This document shows, piece by piece, positions 1-7,720 of a DNA stretch of 13,972 nucleotides. The position numbers and the translations under genes were made by a program. The notes beneath the pieces are model-generated. The model did no database searches. It saw only the letters and a list, made by a program, of their open reading frames with translations, and was not told the DNA's origin. Numbering within the stretch: the stretch's first letter is position 1; each line of letters starts with the position of its first letter. Origin of the DNA: Armatimonadia bacterium (GTDB lineage Bacteria > Armatimonadota > Zipacnadia > Zipacnadales > UBA11051); contig JBDKRC010000080.1 of the NCBI GenBank assembly GCA_039683575.1, positions 1-13,972 on the forward strand. The letters run 5' to 3'.

Positions 1-163
1 AGCAGGGCCGCGTGACCGGTCTAAGAAATGTCTGGCTAAAACTGCGCGAACGGCTCTGGGAGCAGCCCACAAAGGCCCAGCTAAGGTGTCTAGGTTTTTT
101 GTGAGGCACTACTGGCGAGCCGCCCGCGCTACTGGTGAGGGTTACAGCTGCCGTCGAAAACAG

Positions 164-190
164 GGAATACCTGAGCCTGGTGGGGCGTCT
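164..190 (+). promoter_or_regulatory. Putative ECF sigma-factor promoter (GGAATA-N16-CGTCT)
   Basis: GGAATA at 164-169 and CGTC at 186-189 with a 16-nt spacer, about 30 nt before the ATG at 220; resembles ECF -35/-10 elements and precedes a Spy/CpxP-like gene. Confidence 0.45.
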
Positions 191-219
191 GTATGGTAAC
201 TACGGATTGAGGTGAGGCT

Positions 220-654
220 ATGTCACGTGTTTCCAAGGCGGCTTTGGTGATGGGTTGTGCGGCGCTGATTCTCACGATGGTGCCGGCGATGGCGCAGGGC
301 GGGGCAAGGCAGAAGGGCGGGGAGCGGCGCGGTGGCGGGATGCGGTCAATGGGTTTTGTGGAGCAGTCATGGGCGGCGCTTTGTTTTGAGGTCAACATCA
401 GTCAGGCGCAGATCACGAAGCTGAAGCCGAGCTATCAGTGGGCGTGGAAGACGCGGAATGCGGCGATGAAGTCCGCAATGGCGAATCGTGATTTCGAGTC
501 GCTGGGCAAAACGATGACGTCGGTGAGGTCATCGCTGGAGACCAAGATCAAGAGCGTCCTGACCAAGCAGCAACTGGCGCAGTGGAATAAGTGGCAGGCA
601 GAGCAAGCCAAGCGGATGATGCGCGGCGGGCCGGGCGGGGGCAAGAAGAAGTAA
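220..654 (+). CDS. Secreted LTXXQ-motif protein, Spy/CpxP-like periplasmic chaperone-type, 144 aa
   Basis: SD GAGGTGAGG before ATG; signal peptide ending AMA|Q; Gly/Arg-rich N- and C-terminal tails; helical core with VLTKQQLAQW (LTXXQ); followed by a terminator. Confidence 0.75.
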   Translation: MSRVSKAALVMGCAALILTMVPAMAQGGARQKGGERRGGGMRSMGFVEQSWAALCFEVNISQAQITKLKPSYQWAWKTRNAAMKSAMANRDFESLGKTMTSVRSSLETKIKSVLTKQQLAQWNKWQAEQAKRMMRGGPGGGKKK

Positions 655-677
655 GGCAAGAGTGCAAAGAAGGGGGT

Positions 678-712
678 AAGGCACCGCTGGAGAAATCTGG
701 CGGTGTCTTTTT
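678..712 (+). terminator. Rho-independent terminator
   Basis: 12-bp stem 680-691/696-707 (with G-U pairs), GAAA tetraloop, then TTTTT at 708-712. Confidence 0.8.
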
Positions 713-732
713 GATTCATGGGTCAGGATGGA

Positions 733-854
733 CAGTCGTCATGCCGGATTCTCCGGCACCCTGAAACCGTGAAAAGCGGGAGACGTCCGAGCGGGCAAGG
801 ATGCCCGCGCTCCAAACGGCCCGTCACCCCCGCAGACCCCATTTTTCGGAGCAG
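733..854. mobile_element. Putative small non-autonomous insertion (116 bp, 736-851) flanked by CAG direct repeats
   Basis: Splits the repeat GTCAGGATGGACAG|GATWACGGCGGATGGGCAGGA that is intact at 9866 and 11197; CAG at 733-735 and 852-854; internal hairpins at 742-758 and 791-808. Confidence 0.5.
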
Positions 855-919
855 GATAACGGCGGATGGGCAGGATGATGGCGGCGAAGCCGCGGTAGCG
901 GCGCAAGATAAGGGGGAGG

Positions 920-2116
920 GTGATGAACAACCAGGCGATTGTCATTGCGGTGGTGGCGGGGCTGGTGCTGGGCTGGTATCTCATTGAGTTTGTGGTGAAG
1001 CGGGAGCGGGGGGAGAAGCTGCCGCTGGGGCAGGATCCGCTGCGGGTGCTGCGGGTGGCGGTGGGGAGGGTTTGGCGGCAGAGGGTGCTGCTGTTGGTAT
1101 TTGTGGGCTTTTGGGTGGGGTCGCAGCTCGTGGCGCAGCTTGTGACTGACCCGCTCATCAACCAGCCGCAGATGAAGCGGATGGGGATTGAGCGCGGGGC
1201 GCCGACGCCGGTGGGACAGGGGCTGGCGGAGCGGTGGGGGCTGGTTGCAGCGGGCGACGGATGGAGTGAGGCGCTGCATCAGAGCGTGCCGCGGTTGGGG
1301 GAGGTGCTTGGAGGCAAATGGGATACCGTGGTGTATACGGCGCTGTATCTGGCGCTGGCGATGGTGTTTTTCCGACTTTGGCGAGAGCAGCCTGCGTGGT
1401 TGGGGCAGGCGAGGCGGGCGCCGCTGGGGATGTTCGCGTTGCTCAGCGCGGTAATGATTGCGCTGATGTTTGGTCTTCATTGGTATGGGACGCGGTTCGA
1501 AAGCGCCCAGCACCCTTCCATGGTGCTTCACTACGTGAGCCTTGGGGGTCTGGTTGTTGCGCTGGTGGCGATGGTGCCGCTGACTGCGGCGGTGTGGCAT
1601 TTGCTTTTGCAGGTGGTGCGAAGCGGAACATGTTCGTGTGCGCTGGCGGTGCGGGCGGGGCTGGTGATGTGGAAGCCGGTACTGTGGTATTTGCTGCTGA
1701 CGATGGTGCCGGTGATGGCGGTCTCGCTGCTGGCGCGGAGTGTCTTCTACATGACGTGGGTGGTCACGTGGTGGTATGTACCGGCGGCTTTGTTGTTTGT
1801 GCCGCTGATTGTCTTGGACCGGCGGATGGGGCTGTGGAAGGCGATGGGACGGCATTTCGATGTGGTGGGCGACAATGCCTGGGACGTGTTTGTGTTTGCG
1901 GTGAGGCTCATGGCTTTGATGTTGCCGGTGCGGTTGTTGTTGCATATGATGCAGTTCAGTGGGCCGGGGTGGTTTGAGGGGGTGCGAGGGGTGCTGGAGG
2001 ACGGGGTGGGACTGTTGATGGCGGTTTGGGTGGTGGGGTGGTTTGGGGTTTTGAGGTATGGGGAGGAGAGGTGGTTGGAGGGGCGAGGGTTGGTCGGTGA
2101 GGGTCGCGATCAGTGA
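920..2116 (+). CDS. Polytopic membrane protein; C-terminal half resembles YciC/UPF0259/GPDPase-membrane-domain proteins
   Basis: 398-aa ORF with SD GGGGGAGG (start GTG 920 or ATG 923); many hydrophobic segments; motif PLIVLDRRMGLWKAMGRHFDVVGDNAWDVF like the 'g..eAl..S..l...n.w..f' pattern. Confidence 0.7.
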   Translation: MMNNQAIVIAVVAGLVLGWYLIEFVVKRERGEKLPLGQDPLRVLRVAVGRVWRQRVLLLVFVGFWVGSQLVAQLVTDPLINQPQMKRMGIERGAPTPVGQGLAERWGLVAAGDGWSEALHQSVPRLGEVLGGKWDTVVYTALYLALAMVFFRLWREQPAWLGQARRAPLGMFALLSAVMIALMFGLHWYGTRFESAQHPSMVLHYVSLGGLVVALVAMVPLTAAVWHLLLQVVRSGTCSCALAVRAGLVMWKPVLWYLLLTMVPVMAVSLLARSVFYMTWVVTWWYVPAALLFVPLIVLDRRMGLWKAMGRHFDVVGDNAWDVFVFAVRLMALMLPVRLLLHMMQFSGPGWFEGVRGVLEDGVGLLMAVWVVGWFGVLRYGEERWLEGRGLVGEGRDQ

Positions 2117-2300
2117 TCGATCGTACAGGAGGGGCTATTGAGGGGGAGGTGGTGAGGGCGGAGGGTTGGTCGGGGTTGATCGCGCTCTGGTGAGCGCTCC
2201 TACAGGCAGCGGTAGCGGCTGAGGCTAAGGGGTCGGCGGTAGCGGCTGAGGCTAAGGGGTCGGCGATAACGGCGCGGCCGGGTACGAGCCCCGGCCCTAC
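2103..2300. repeat. Intergenic repeat cluster: REP-like hairpins (2103-2126 degenerate, 2182-2203, 2276-2300) and a 27-bp tandem duplication (2209-2262)
   Basis: GCGCTC-TGGT-GAGCGC-TCCTAC and GGCCGGG-TACGAGC-CCCGGCC-CTAC (GTAG on the minus strand); two exact copies of GCGGTAGCGGCTGAGGCTAAGGGGTCG. Confidence 0.8.
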
Positions 2301-2360
2301 AGAACGGCGAACGGGCCGGATGCTTTGCATTCGGCCCCTCCTGAGAAGAAGGAGATTGTG

Positions 2361-3734
2361 ATGAAGACCATTGTTGAGCCGGCGCGGGAAGTACCTGTTG
2401 TTCGTGACGTGGATGTTTGTGTACTGGGCGGAGGGCCGGGAGGGATCACGGCGGCGTGGCAGGCGGCTAAGCATGGGGCTAAGACGCTCCTGGTTGAGCA
2501 CTATGGGTTCCTGGGTGGGATGGCTACGGCGGGGCTGGTGGGGCCGATATTGGGCTTGCGGGAAGTCGGGAAGGACGCGGCTACTGTTGAGGGGATGACG
2601 CGAGAGTTTGCGGATTTGATGCTTTCGCTCGGGGCGGGGAGGCCGTGGGAAGAACATGTGCGGACGGGGTGCATTCCCTTTGAGGCGGAGACGTTCAAGC
2701 TGGCCTGCGACCAGATGTGCGGGCGGTATGGGGTTGACCTGCTGCTGCACAGTACGGCAGTCGGGGCGGTTGTGGAGGAGGGGGCGCTGCGGGCGGTGAC
2801 GATTGAGAACAAGTCCGGGCGGCAGGCCATCATGGCCAAGTGCTTTGTGGATGCCACCGGAGATGCGGATATTGCGTTTCGGGCGGGCGCGGAGTGCACG
2901 CTGGGGCGGCCGGTGGATAACATGCCGATGGCCAACGGGAGCACGTTCCATGTGGGCGGGCTGGAGAATCTGACCGATGAGATGCGTAAGGCAGCGGCGC
3001 AGGTGATGGATGAGGCGCGGCAGGAAGGGATCATCAAGGTCTATGGGCTGGGCGTCGGTGGGCAAGGGTCCACGCTACGGGCGGGCTTTACGTCCATCAA
3101 CTGCACCCGGTGGCCCGGCAACCCGGCGGATGTTGAGGTGCTGACCGAGGGCGAGGTCTACACGCGCGACATGATCCACCGGATCGTGAAGCTGTGGCGG
3201 GAGCGGGTGCCGGGCATGGAGAATGCGTATCTGGCGCTGACGCCGACACAGTTGGGGCTGCGGGAAAGCCGGCAGCTCGTGGGCGAGAAGCGGGTGGTCG
3301 GGGCCGATGTGGTGGAGGGCAAGAAGCTGGCGGACGCCGTGGCGCGGTGCTCGTACTGGATTGACATACACTGCCCGCGGGGGTTTGCGGCACCGGGCGT
3401 GCATCTGTGCTGGAAGAAGTGCGCGCAGACCGACTGTTATATGATGACCGAGCACATGGACATGCTGCCGGATGAGCTTTACCCGCCGGACTATTTCGAC
3501 ATCCCGTATGGCGCCCTGGTGCCGGCAAAGCTGGATAACCTGCTGGTGTCGGGCCGGTGCTGCTCGCTGGATTACCAGGCGATGAGCGCGGCACGGGTGA
3601 TGGGACCGGTCATGGCGATTGGGGAGGCTTGTGGCGTGGCGGCGGCAATGGCGGCAGATGGGAGAAAGGCGCCGCGGGAGGTTGAGGTGGAGGCGCTGAG
3701 GGAGAAACTCTTGGCGGCGGGATGTGTTTGTTAG
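2361..3734 (+). CDS. FAD-dependent oxidoreductase (FAD_oxidored-type family), 457 aa
   Basis: Start moved to ATG 2361 (SD AAGGAG 2349-2354); Rossmann motif DVCVLGGGPGGITAA; LGGMATAGLV, FVDATGDAD, RESRQLVG, IPYGALVP and NLLVSGRC motifs. Confidence 0.92.
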   Translation: MKTIVEPAREVPVVRDVDVCVLGGGPGGITAAWQAAKHGAKTLLVEHYGFLGGMATAGLVGPILGLREVGKDAATVEGMTREFADLMLSLGAGRPWEEHVRTGCIPFEAETFKLACDQMCGRYGVDLLLHSTAVGAVVEEGALRAVTIENKSGRQAIMAKCFVDATGDADIAFRAGAECTLGRPVDNMPMANGSTFHVGGLENLTDEMRKAAAQVMDEARQEGIIKVYGLGVGGQGSTLRAGFTSINCTRWPGNPADVEVLTEGEVYTRDMIHRIVKLWRERVPGMENAYLALTPTQLGLRESRQLVGEKRVVGADVVEGKKLADAVARCSYWIDIHCPRGFAAPGVHLCWKKCAQTDCYMMTEHMDMLPDELYPPDYFDIPYGALVPAKLDNLLVSGRCCSLDYQAMSAARVMGPVMAIGEACGVAAAMAADGRKAPREVEVEALREKLLAAGCVC

Positions 3735-3745
3735 GGGAGGACGGC

Positions 3746-3773
3746 GAAAACGGAAAACAGAAAACGGAAAACG
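3746..3773. repeat. Heptamer tandem repeat (GAAAACR)x4
   Basis: GAAAACG GAAAACA GAAAACG GAAAACG just after the stop codon at 3734. Confidence 0.85.
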
Positions 3774-3778
3774 GGTCG

Positions 3779-4095
3779 GAGGGGTGATCGGTGATAACGG
3801 CCGGCCGGGTACGAGCCCCGTGCGACGCAGACGTCGCTACGCCCTACAGCCGGGGGTTGGTCGGGGACTGGGGCCGGCTGAAGCTCGGCCCCTCCGACGT
3901 GGTGCGAAGGGTTGGTCGGGGATAACGGCGGGCCGGCTGAAGCTCGGCCCCTCCGACGCGGTGCGGAGGGTTGGTCGGGGATAACGGCGGGCCGGCTGAA
4001 GCTCGGCCCCTCCGACGCGGTGCGGAGGGTTGGTCGGGGATAGCGGCGGGCCGGCTGAAGCTCGGCCCCTCCGATACGGCGCAGAGGGTTGGTCG
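3779..4095. repeat. REP-like array: an interrupted GTAG hairpin followed by four 59-bp tandem units carrying GGGCCGGCTGAAGCTCGGCCCCTCC
   Basis: Identical 25-nt hairpins at 3871, 3930, 3989 and 4048 (period 59) with near-identical linkers; GGAG tetranucleotide on the minus strand. Confidence 0.9.
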
Positions 4096-4120
4096 TAGAT
4101 TTCGGCGGGCATGGAGTGAT

Positions 4121-5305
4121 ATGCGTTCCGGACATGATGATACAACCTATGGGGTAGTGTTTGCTGACTCGTTTCCGGATGAGGTTAGGACTGTTTGTGC
4201 GCGGATGGCGGCGGAGTATGCCGAGGTCTGGGGCCTGGATTGCTGGCTCATTGACGCGGCGGGAGAGGTCATTGGCGCGGGGGGGAAGTGCGGCGAGGGT
4301 TGTGGGGGCGGCCGGCGGTGCCGGGAGCTGCGCCGCGGGGCCGTGGAAGAGGCCGCGCGATGGGGGGAGCCGTATATCCTGCTGTGCCCGCACAACGTGA
4401 TGATCTGGGCAGTGCCGGTGATGCAGAATGCGCTGGTGCTCGGGGGGCTGATCGGGGCGGCGGCGCAGGCTGAGGGGCATGCCATCGAGACAGCGGTGGT
4501 GCAGCGGGCGGCGGAGGATCTGCTGCGGCGGGCGGTGGCGGCGAATGTCACCAACAGCGCGCATATGGAGCTGCGGCGGCTGGAGGCGCAGCGGGAGTCG
4601 GCGCGGGCGGAGGCCATCCACGCGGTTAAGGATCAAGACTACCACTCGATACGGGAGATCTACCTGGTGGAGGAGCCGTCGCTGATCGCGGCGGTCAAGC
4701 GCGGGGACAAGCCGGCGGCGCGCGAGATCATCAACCGAATTCTGGTGGGCATCTATTTCATGGGGCGCAATCGCCCGCTCTTGCTCAAGAGTTTTCTGCT
4801 CGAGCTGATCGTCATCATGTCGCGCAGCGCGGTGGAGGCGGGGGCGGACCCGAGCACGCTTTTGGGGACGAACTATTCGGCGTTCAATGAGCTGGCGCAG
4901 ATTGAGAGCGAGGAGGAGTTGACGGCGTGGCTGGTTGAGATGCTGGAGCGGACGATGGACGCCATCAGCCATCACCACCGGTACCCGATCAGCGTGCTGC
5001 TCAGCGAGGCCATTCGGTACATGCAGGAGCACTCGGGGGAGGAGCTGTCGCGAGACGACATTGCGCGGCGGGCGTGCCTGTCGCCGGCGCACTTCAGCCG
5101 GGTAGTGCGGCAGACGTTTGGATATTCGTTCACGGAGCTCTTGGCGCGGATGCGGGTGGACAAGGCGCGGGAGCTATTGCGGCTGAGCGAGAAGAGCCTG
5201 GCGGAGATCAGCGCCGAGTGCGGCTTTGCGGATCAGAGTTATTTTACGAAGGTATTCCAGCGTTACACAGGACAGACGCCGGGCGAGTTCCGACGCGGAC
5301 ATTAG
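4121..5305 (+). CDS. AraC-family transcriptional regulator with N-terminal PocR-like sensor domain, 394 aa
   Basis: ATG 4121 with SD GGAG (the longer 3971 start runs through the repeat array); EEAARWGEPYILLCPHNV PocR-like motif; C-terminal double HTH LSPAHFSR...CGFADQSYFTKVFQRYTGQTPGEFR. Confidence 0.92.
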   Translation: MRSGHDDTTYGVVFADSFPDEVRTVCARMAAEYAEVWGLDCWLIDAAGEVIGAGGKCGEGCGGGRRCRELRRGAVEEAARWGEPYILLCPHNVMIWAVPVMQNALVLGGLIGAAAQAEGHAIETAVVQRAAEDLLRRAVAANVTNSAHMELRRLEAQRESARAEAIHAVKDQDYHSIREIYLVEEPSLIAAVKRGDKPAAREIINRILVGIYFMGRNRPLLLKSFLLELIVIMSRSAVEAGADPSTLLGTNYSAFNELAQIESEEELTAWLVEMLERTMDAISHHHRYPISVLLSEAIRYMQEHSGEELSRDDIARRACLSPAHFSRVVRQTFGYSFTELLARMRVDKARELLRLSEKSLAEISAECGFADQSYFTKVFQRYTGQTPGEFRRGH

Positions 5306-5332
5306 TCGTATTCCCTCTCCCCTATTCCCCCT

Positions 5333-5406
5333 CACCATTTCACCAAATAGCACAATCCCACCATATTCTGCACCGAGATTACACAAAGGTTGGCACCAGC
5401 GTGCCA
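5333..5406 (+). promoter_or_regulatory. Candidate AraC-type operator region
   Basis: AT/C-rich island with CAC[AC] recurring about every 10 bp (5333, 5341, 5351, 5359, 5371, 5382, 5394) and palindrome TGGCAC-CAGC-GTGCCA at 5391-5406; lies between the AraC gene and its likely target. Confidence 0.35.
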
Positions 5407-5458
5407 TACGTTTTGACGCGTGGGGGGTAGACTTGGAGGCGTAGGGTTAGGTAGGGGA

Positions 5459-5698
5459 GCGGGCGAGACGCCCGCACTACGCGGAGGGGTGAGGCGGAGG
5501 GTAGTCGGGGGATAACGGCCGGCGGGGTACGAGCCCCCGCCCTACAGCCGGAGAGACAGGCGGGCGGGACGCCTGGACTGCGCGGGGTGGGGTGGTGGAG
5601 GGTGGTCGGGGATGACGGCCGGCGGGGTACGAGCCCCCGCCCTACAGCCGAGGGGTGGTCGGGGATGACGGCTGGGCCGGCTGAAGCTCGGCCCCTCC
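5459..5698. repeat. REP-like hairpin cluster (5459-5480, 5521-5545, 5621-5645, 5674-5698)
   Basis: GCGGGCG-AGA-CGCCCGC-ACTAC; two copies of GGCGGGG-TACGAGC-CCCCGCC-CTAC 100 bp apart; one GGGCCGGCTGAAGCTCGGCCCCTCC. Confidence 0.88.
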
Positions 5699-5739
5699 GA
5701 GAGGCGCAGACAGCGGATGACCTGAAGGTGAGATTGTAG

Positions 5740-6846
5740 ATGGAACGACAGTACTACCTGAACCTGGCGCAGAGCGGACTTAAGATGCCGATTGGGACGG
5801 ATCTGGTGCTGCATGAGCAGGAGGATGCGAAGGCGGTGCTGCGGGATGGCGTGCGGCTGGGGCAGGTGATGGCGCAGGCGGCTAACCGCTACCGGACGCC
5901 GTTGGCGCTCCCGGTGATGAACCTCGAATTGGAGAAGGAGCAGTTGCTGGCGCTGCTGGAGGTGGATACCGAGGACCCGGCGCGGTACCACTTTGGACGC
6001 GAGGACTGGGAGGGGTTGCATGCGAAGCTGGAGGACAGGATTGGAGAGCCGCTGTCGGAGCCGATGCAGGCGCTTTGTGACGCGCTGACCGGGCTGCGAG
6101 AGACGACGGCGCTGGTGCCCGTGGGGATGTGTATCGGACCGTTTTCGCTCATGACCAAGCTGCTGGCGGACCCGATCACGCCGATTGCCATGGCGGGGAT
6201 GGGGATGAGCGCGGAGGAGGACAAGGGGATCGCGGCGGTGGAGGGAGCGTTGGAGCTGGCGGTGCGGGTCATCGAGCGGTATATCGAGGCACAGTGCGAG
6301 GCAGGGGCCAAGGCGATCGTGGTGTGCGAGCCGGCGGCGAACAACGTGTACCTGTCGCCTAAGCAGATTGAGAGCGGGTCGGACATATTCGAGAGATTCG
6401 TGATGCAGTACCTGCGGCGGCTGAAGTATGTGATGCTGGACCAGGACGTGGACCTGATCCTGCATGACTGCGGCGAGTTGACGGACTGGATCGTACAGGA
6501 GTTTGCGCGGCTTGATCCGGCGATCCTGAGCCTGGGGAGTTCGCGGAAGCTGTGGGAGGACGCGCGGCTTCTGCCCAAGACGATTGTGCTGTTTGGGAAC
6601 CTGCCGTCAAAGCGGTTCTATTCGGACAATGAGATCACGCGGACGCAGGTGGAAGCGCAGGGCGCGGAACTCGTGGCGAGGATGCAACAGGTGCGGCACC
6701 CCTTCATCCTGGGGTCGGAGTGTGATGTGCTGCATGTGGAGGGGTGCGAGGAGACGATCCAGGCGAAGGCGATGGCGATAGTGGGCTGCTGCGGAGGGCA
6801 TGGGGGCGGTGTGGAGGAGGAGGTTGTGGCGGCGGCGAGTAGCTGA
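5740..6846 (+). CDS. Uroporphyrinogen decarboxylase / MtaA-CmuA (methylcobamide:CoM methyltransferase-like) family protein, 368 aa
   Basis: GPFSLM, YIEAQCEAGAKAIVVCEP, LILHDCG (HxC Zn motif), LFGNL and FILGSECDV motifs of the URO-D/CIMS fold. Confidence 0.85.
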   Translation: MERQYYLNLAQSGLKMPIGTDLVLHEQEDAKAVLRDGVRLGQVMAQAANRYRTPLALPVMNLELEKEQLLALLEVDTEDPARYHFGREDWEGLHAKLEDRIGEPLSEPMQALCDALTGLRETTALVPVGMCIGPFSLMTKLLADPITPIAMAGMGMSAEEDKGIAAVEGALELAVRVIERYIEAQCEAGAKAIVVCEPAANNVYLSPKQIESGSDIFERFVMQYLRRLKYVMLDQDVDLILHDCGELTDWIVQEFARLDPAILSLGSSRKLWEDARLLPKTIVLFGNLPSKRFYSDNEITRTQVEAQGAELVARMQQVRHPFILGSECDVLHVEGCEETIQAKAMAIVGCCGGHGGGVEEEVVAAASS

Positions 6847-7023
6847 GGGGCCCTGTCCCCCGGCCCCTCTCTGAGACCGCAGACGGTCTCCTATGAGACC
6901 GCAGACGGTCTGCAGGAGAGGAGAGCACGGGTCGCGATCGCGAGTGAGGCTGGGAGGGATTGAGGGTTGTCGGAGACAACGGCTGGGCCGGATGCGCGAT
7001 GAGACTGCGCATGCGGCCCCTCC
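6845..7023. repeat. Hairpin repeat cluster after the UroD-like gene
   Basis: GAGGGGCC...GGCCCCTC at 6845-6869; two tandem GAGACCG-CAGA-CGGTCT units at 6873 and 6895; conserved flank 6962-6984 followed by hairpin GGGCCG-G-ATGCGC...GCGCAT-G-CGGCCC-CTCC at 6985-7023. Confidence 0.75.
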
Positions 7024-7058
7024 CAGGAGAGAGAGACGGCCCCTTCGAAGAGAGAGAC

Positions 7059-7092
7059 GGGCCCGCCAGTTTGTTGGCGGGCCCTTTTGTTT
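7059..7092 (+). terminator. Rho-independent terminator between convergent genes (possibly bidirectional)
   Basis: Perfect 10-bp stem GGGCCCGCCA/TGGCGGGCCC with 6-nt loop, then TTTTGTTT. Confidence 0.85.
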
Positions 7093-7108
7093 GCTGTGGC
7101 CGGAGAGA

Positions 7109-7720
7109 TCAGTGAGCGATGGTGTAGTGCATGCCGGGATACGAGGGGCGAACCGTTGAATTCCACTGCAGCCACTTGGCGTGGCCGTCGGCGAAGCCGT
7201 AGTTGGCGCCACCGTTGTGGACGTCCTTGGCGATGTGTGTCTCGAACTCGCTGTAGGCGCTCGGGTCGCTCCAACTGGTGCCGTCGTCGGGCCAGGGGTG
7301 GTAGCCGGTCTCGTTGACGCCCTGCTTGCGGATCGAGATGGCGATCTGCTCGGCTGGGGTCTCAAAGGCCGACATGGCCCAACCGTGGGCGAAGAGGCCG
7401 TTGAGCAGGTAGTCGGTCTGCGGCTCGGAGGAGGTGGCTTTGTAGGCCGGGCAGCGGAACATCTGGGCGTTCTTTACGTATGGCTGCATGGGCTGCCACC
7501 AGTCGTAGCCGAGTTCATGGTTGACGTAGGGGTAGCATTCATCGTAGTCCTGCGCGTACATCTGCAGGGCCGTGCTAAGCTGGCGGACGTTGCTCAGACA
7601 GGCGGTCTGACGGGCCTTGGCACGGGCTTTGGCGAAGACCGGGAAGAGGATGGCGGCGAGGATCGCGATGATCGCGATGACGACAAGTAGCTCTATGAGG
7701 GTGAAACCGCGTTTGTGCAT
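7109..7720 (-). CDS. DUF1559 / prepilin-type N-terminal cleavage-methylation domain protein with H-X9-DG C-terminal motif, 203 aa
   Basis: [30 protein letters not shown]...CLSNVRQL; C-terminal [25 protein letters not shown] (7728-7734 complement). Confidence 0.93.
   Translation of the reverse strand: MHKRGFTLIELLVVIAIIAILAAILFPVFAKARAKARQTACLSNVRQLSTALQMYAQDYDECYPYVNHELGYDWWQPMQPYVKNAQMFRCPAYKATSSEPQTDYLLNGLFAHGWAMSAFETPAEQIAISIRKQGVNETGYHPWPDDGTSWSDPSAYSEFETHIAKDVHNGGANYGFADGHAKWLQWNSTVRPSYPGMHYTIAH

Noticed and set aside
1-160. Riboswitch/ncRNA or gene end at the window start
   Set aside because: Only short weak stems and a T-run; no recognisable RNA family or supported ORF
3871-4072. CRISPR array (25-nt palindromic repeat, 34-nt spacers)
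   Set aside because: The spacers are near-identical to each other, the same repeat occurs singly at 5674 and 11298, and there are no cas genes; this is a REP-type tandem repeat
3971-4120. N-terminal extension of the AraC ORF
   Set aside because: Runs through the 59-bp repeat array; ATG 4121 has a proper SD and begins the domain
824-5092. Long minus-strand ORFs (824-1945, 1956-3065, 3731-5092)
   Set aside because: Pro/His/Arg-rich antisense shadows of G-rich + strand genes and repeats
5391-5405. Sigma54 promoter (TGGCAC...TGC)
   Set aside because: GG-to-GC spacing is 9 nt instead of the required 10; better read as a palindrome
5740-6846. Calling this gene hemE or mtaA
   Set aside because: Lacks the HemE N-terminal RQAGR motif, and no corrinoid partner or substrate evidence supports mtaA
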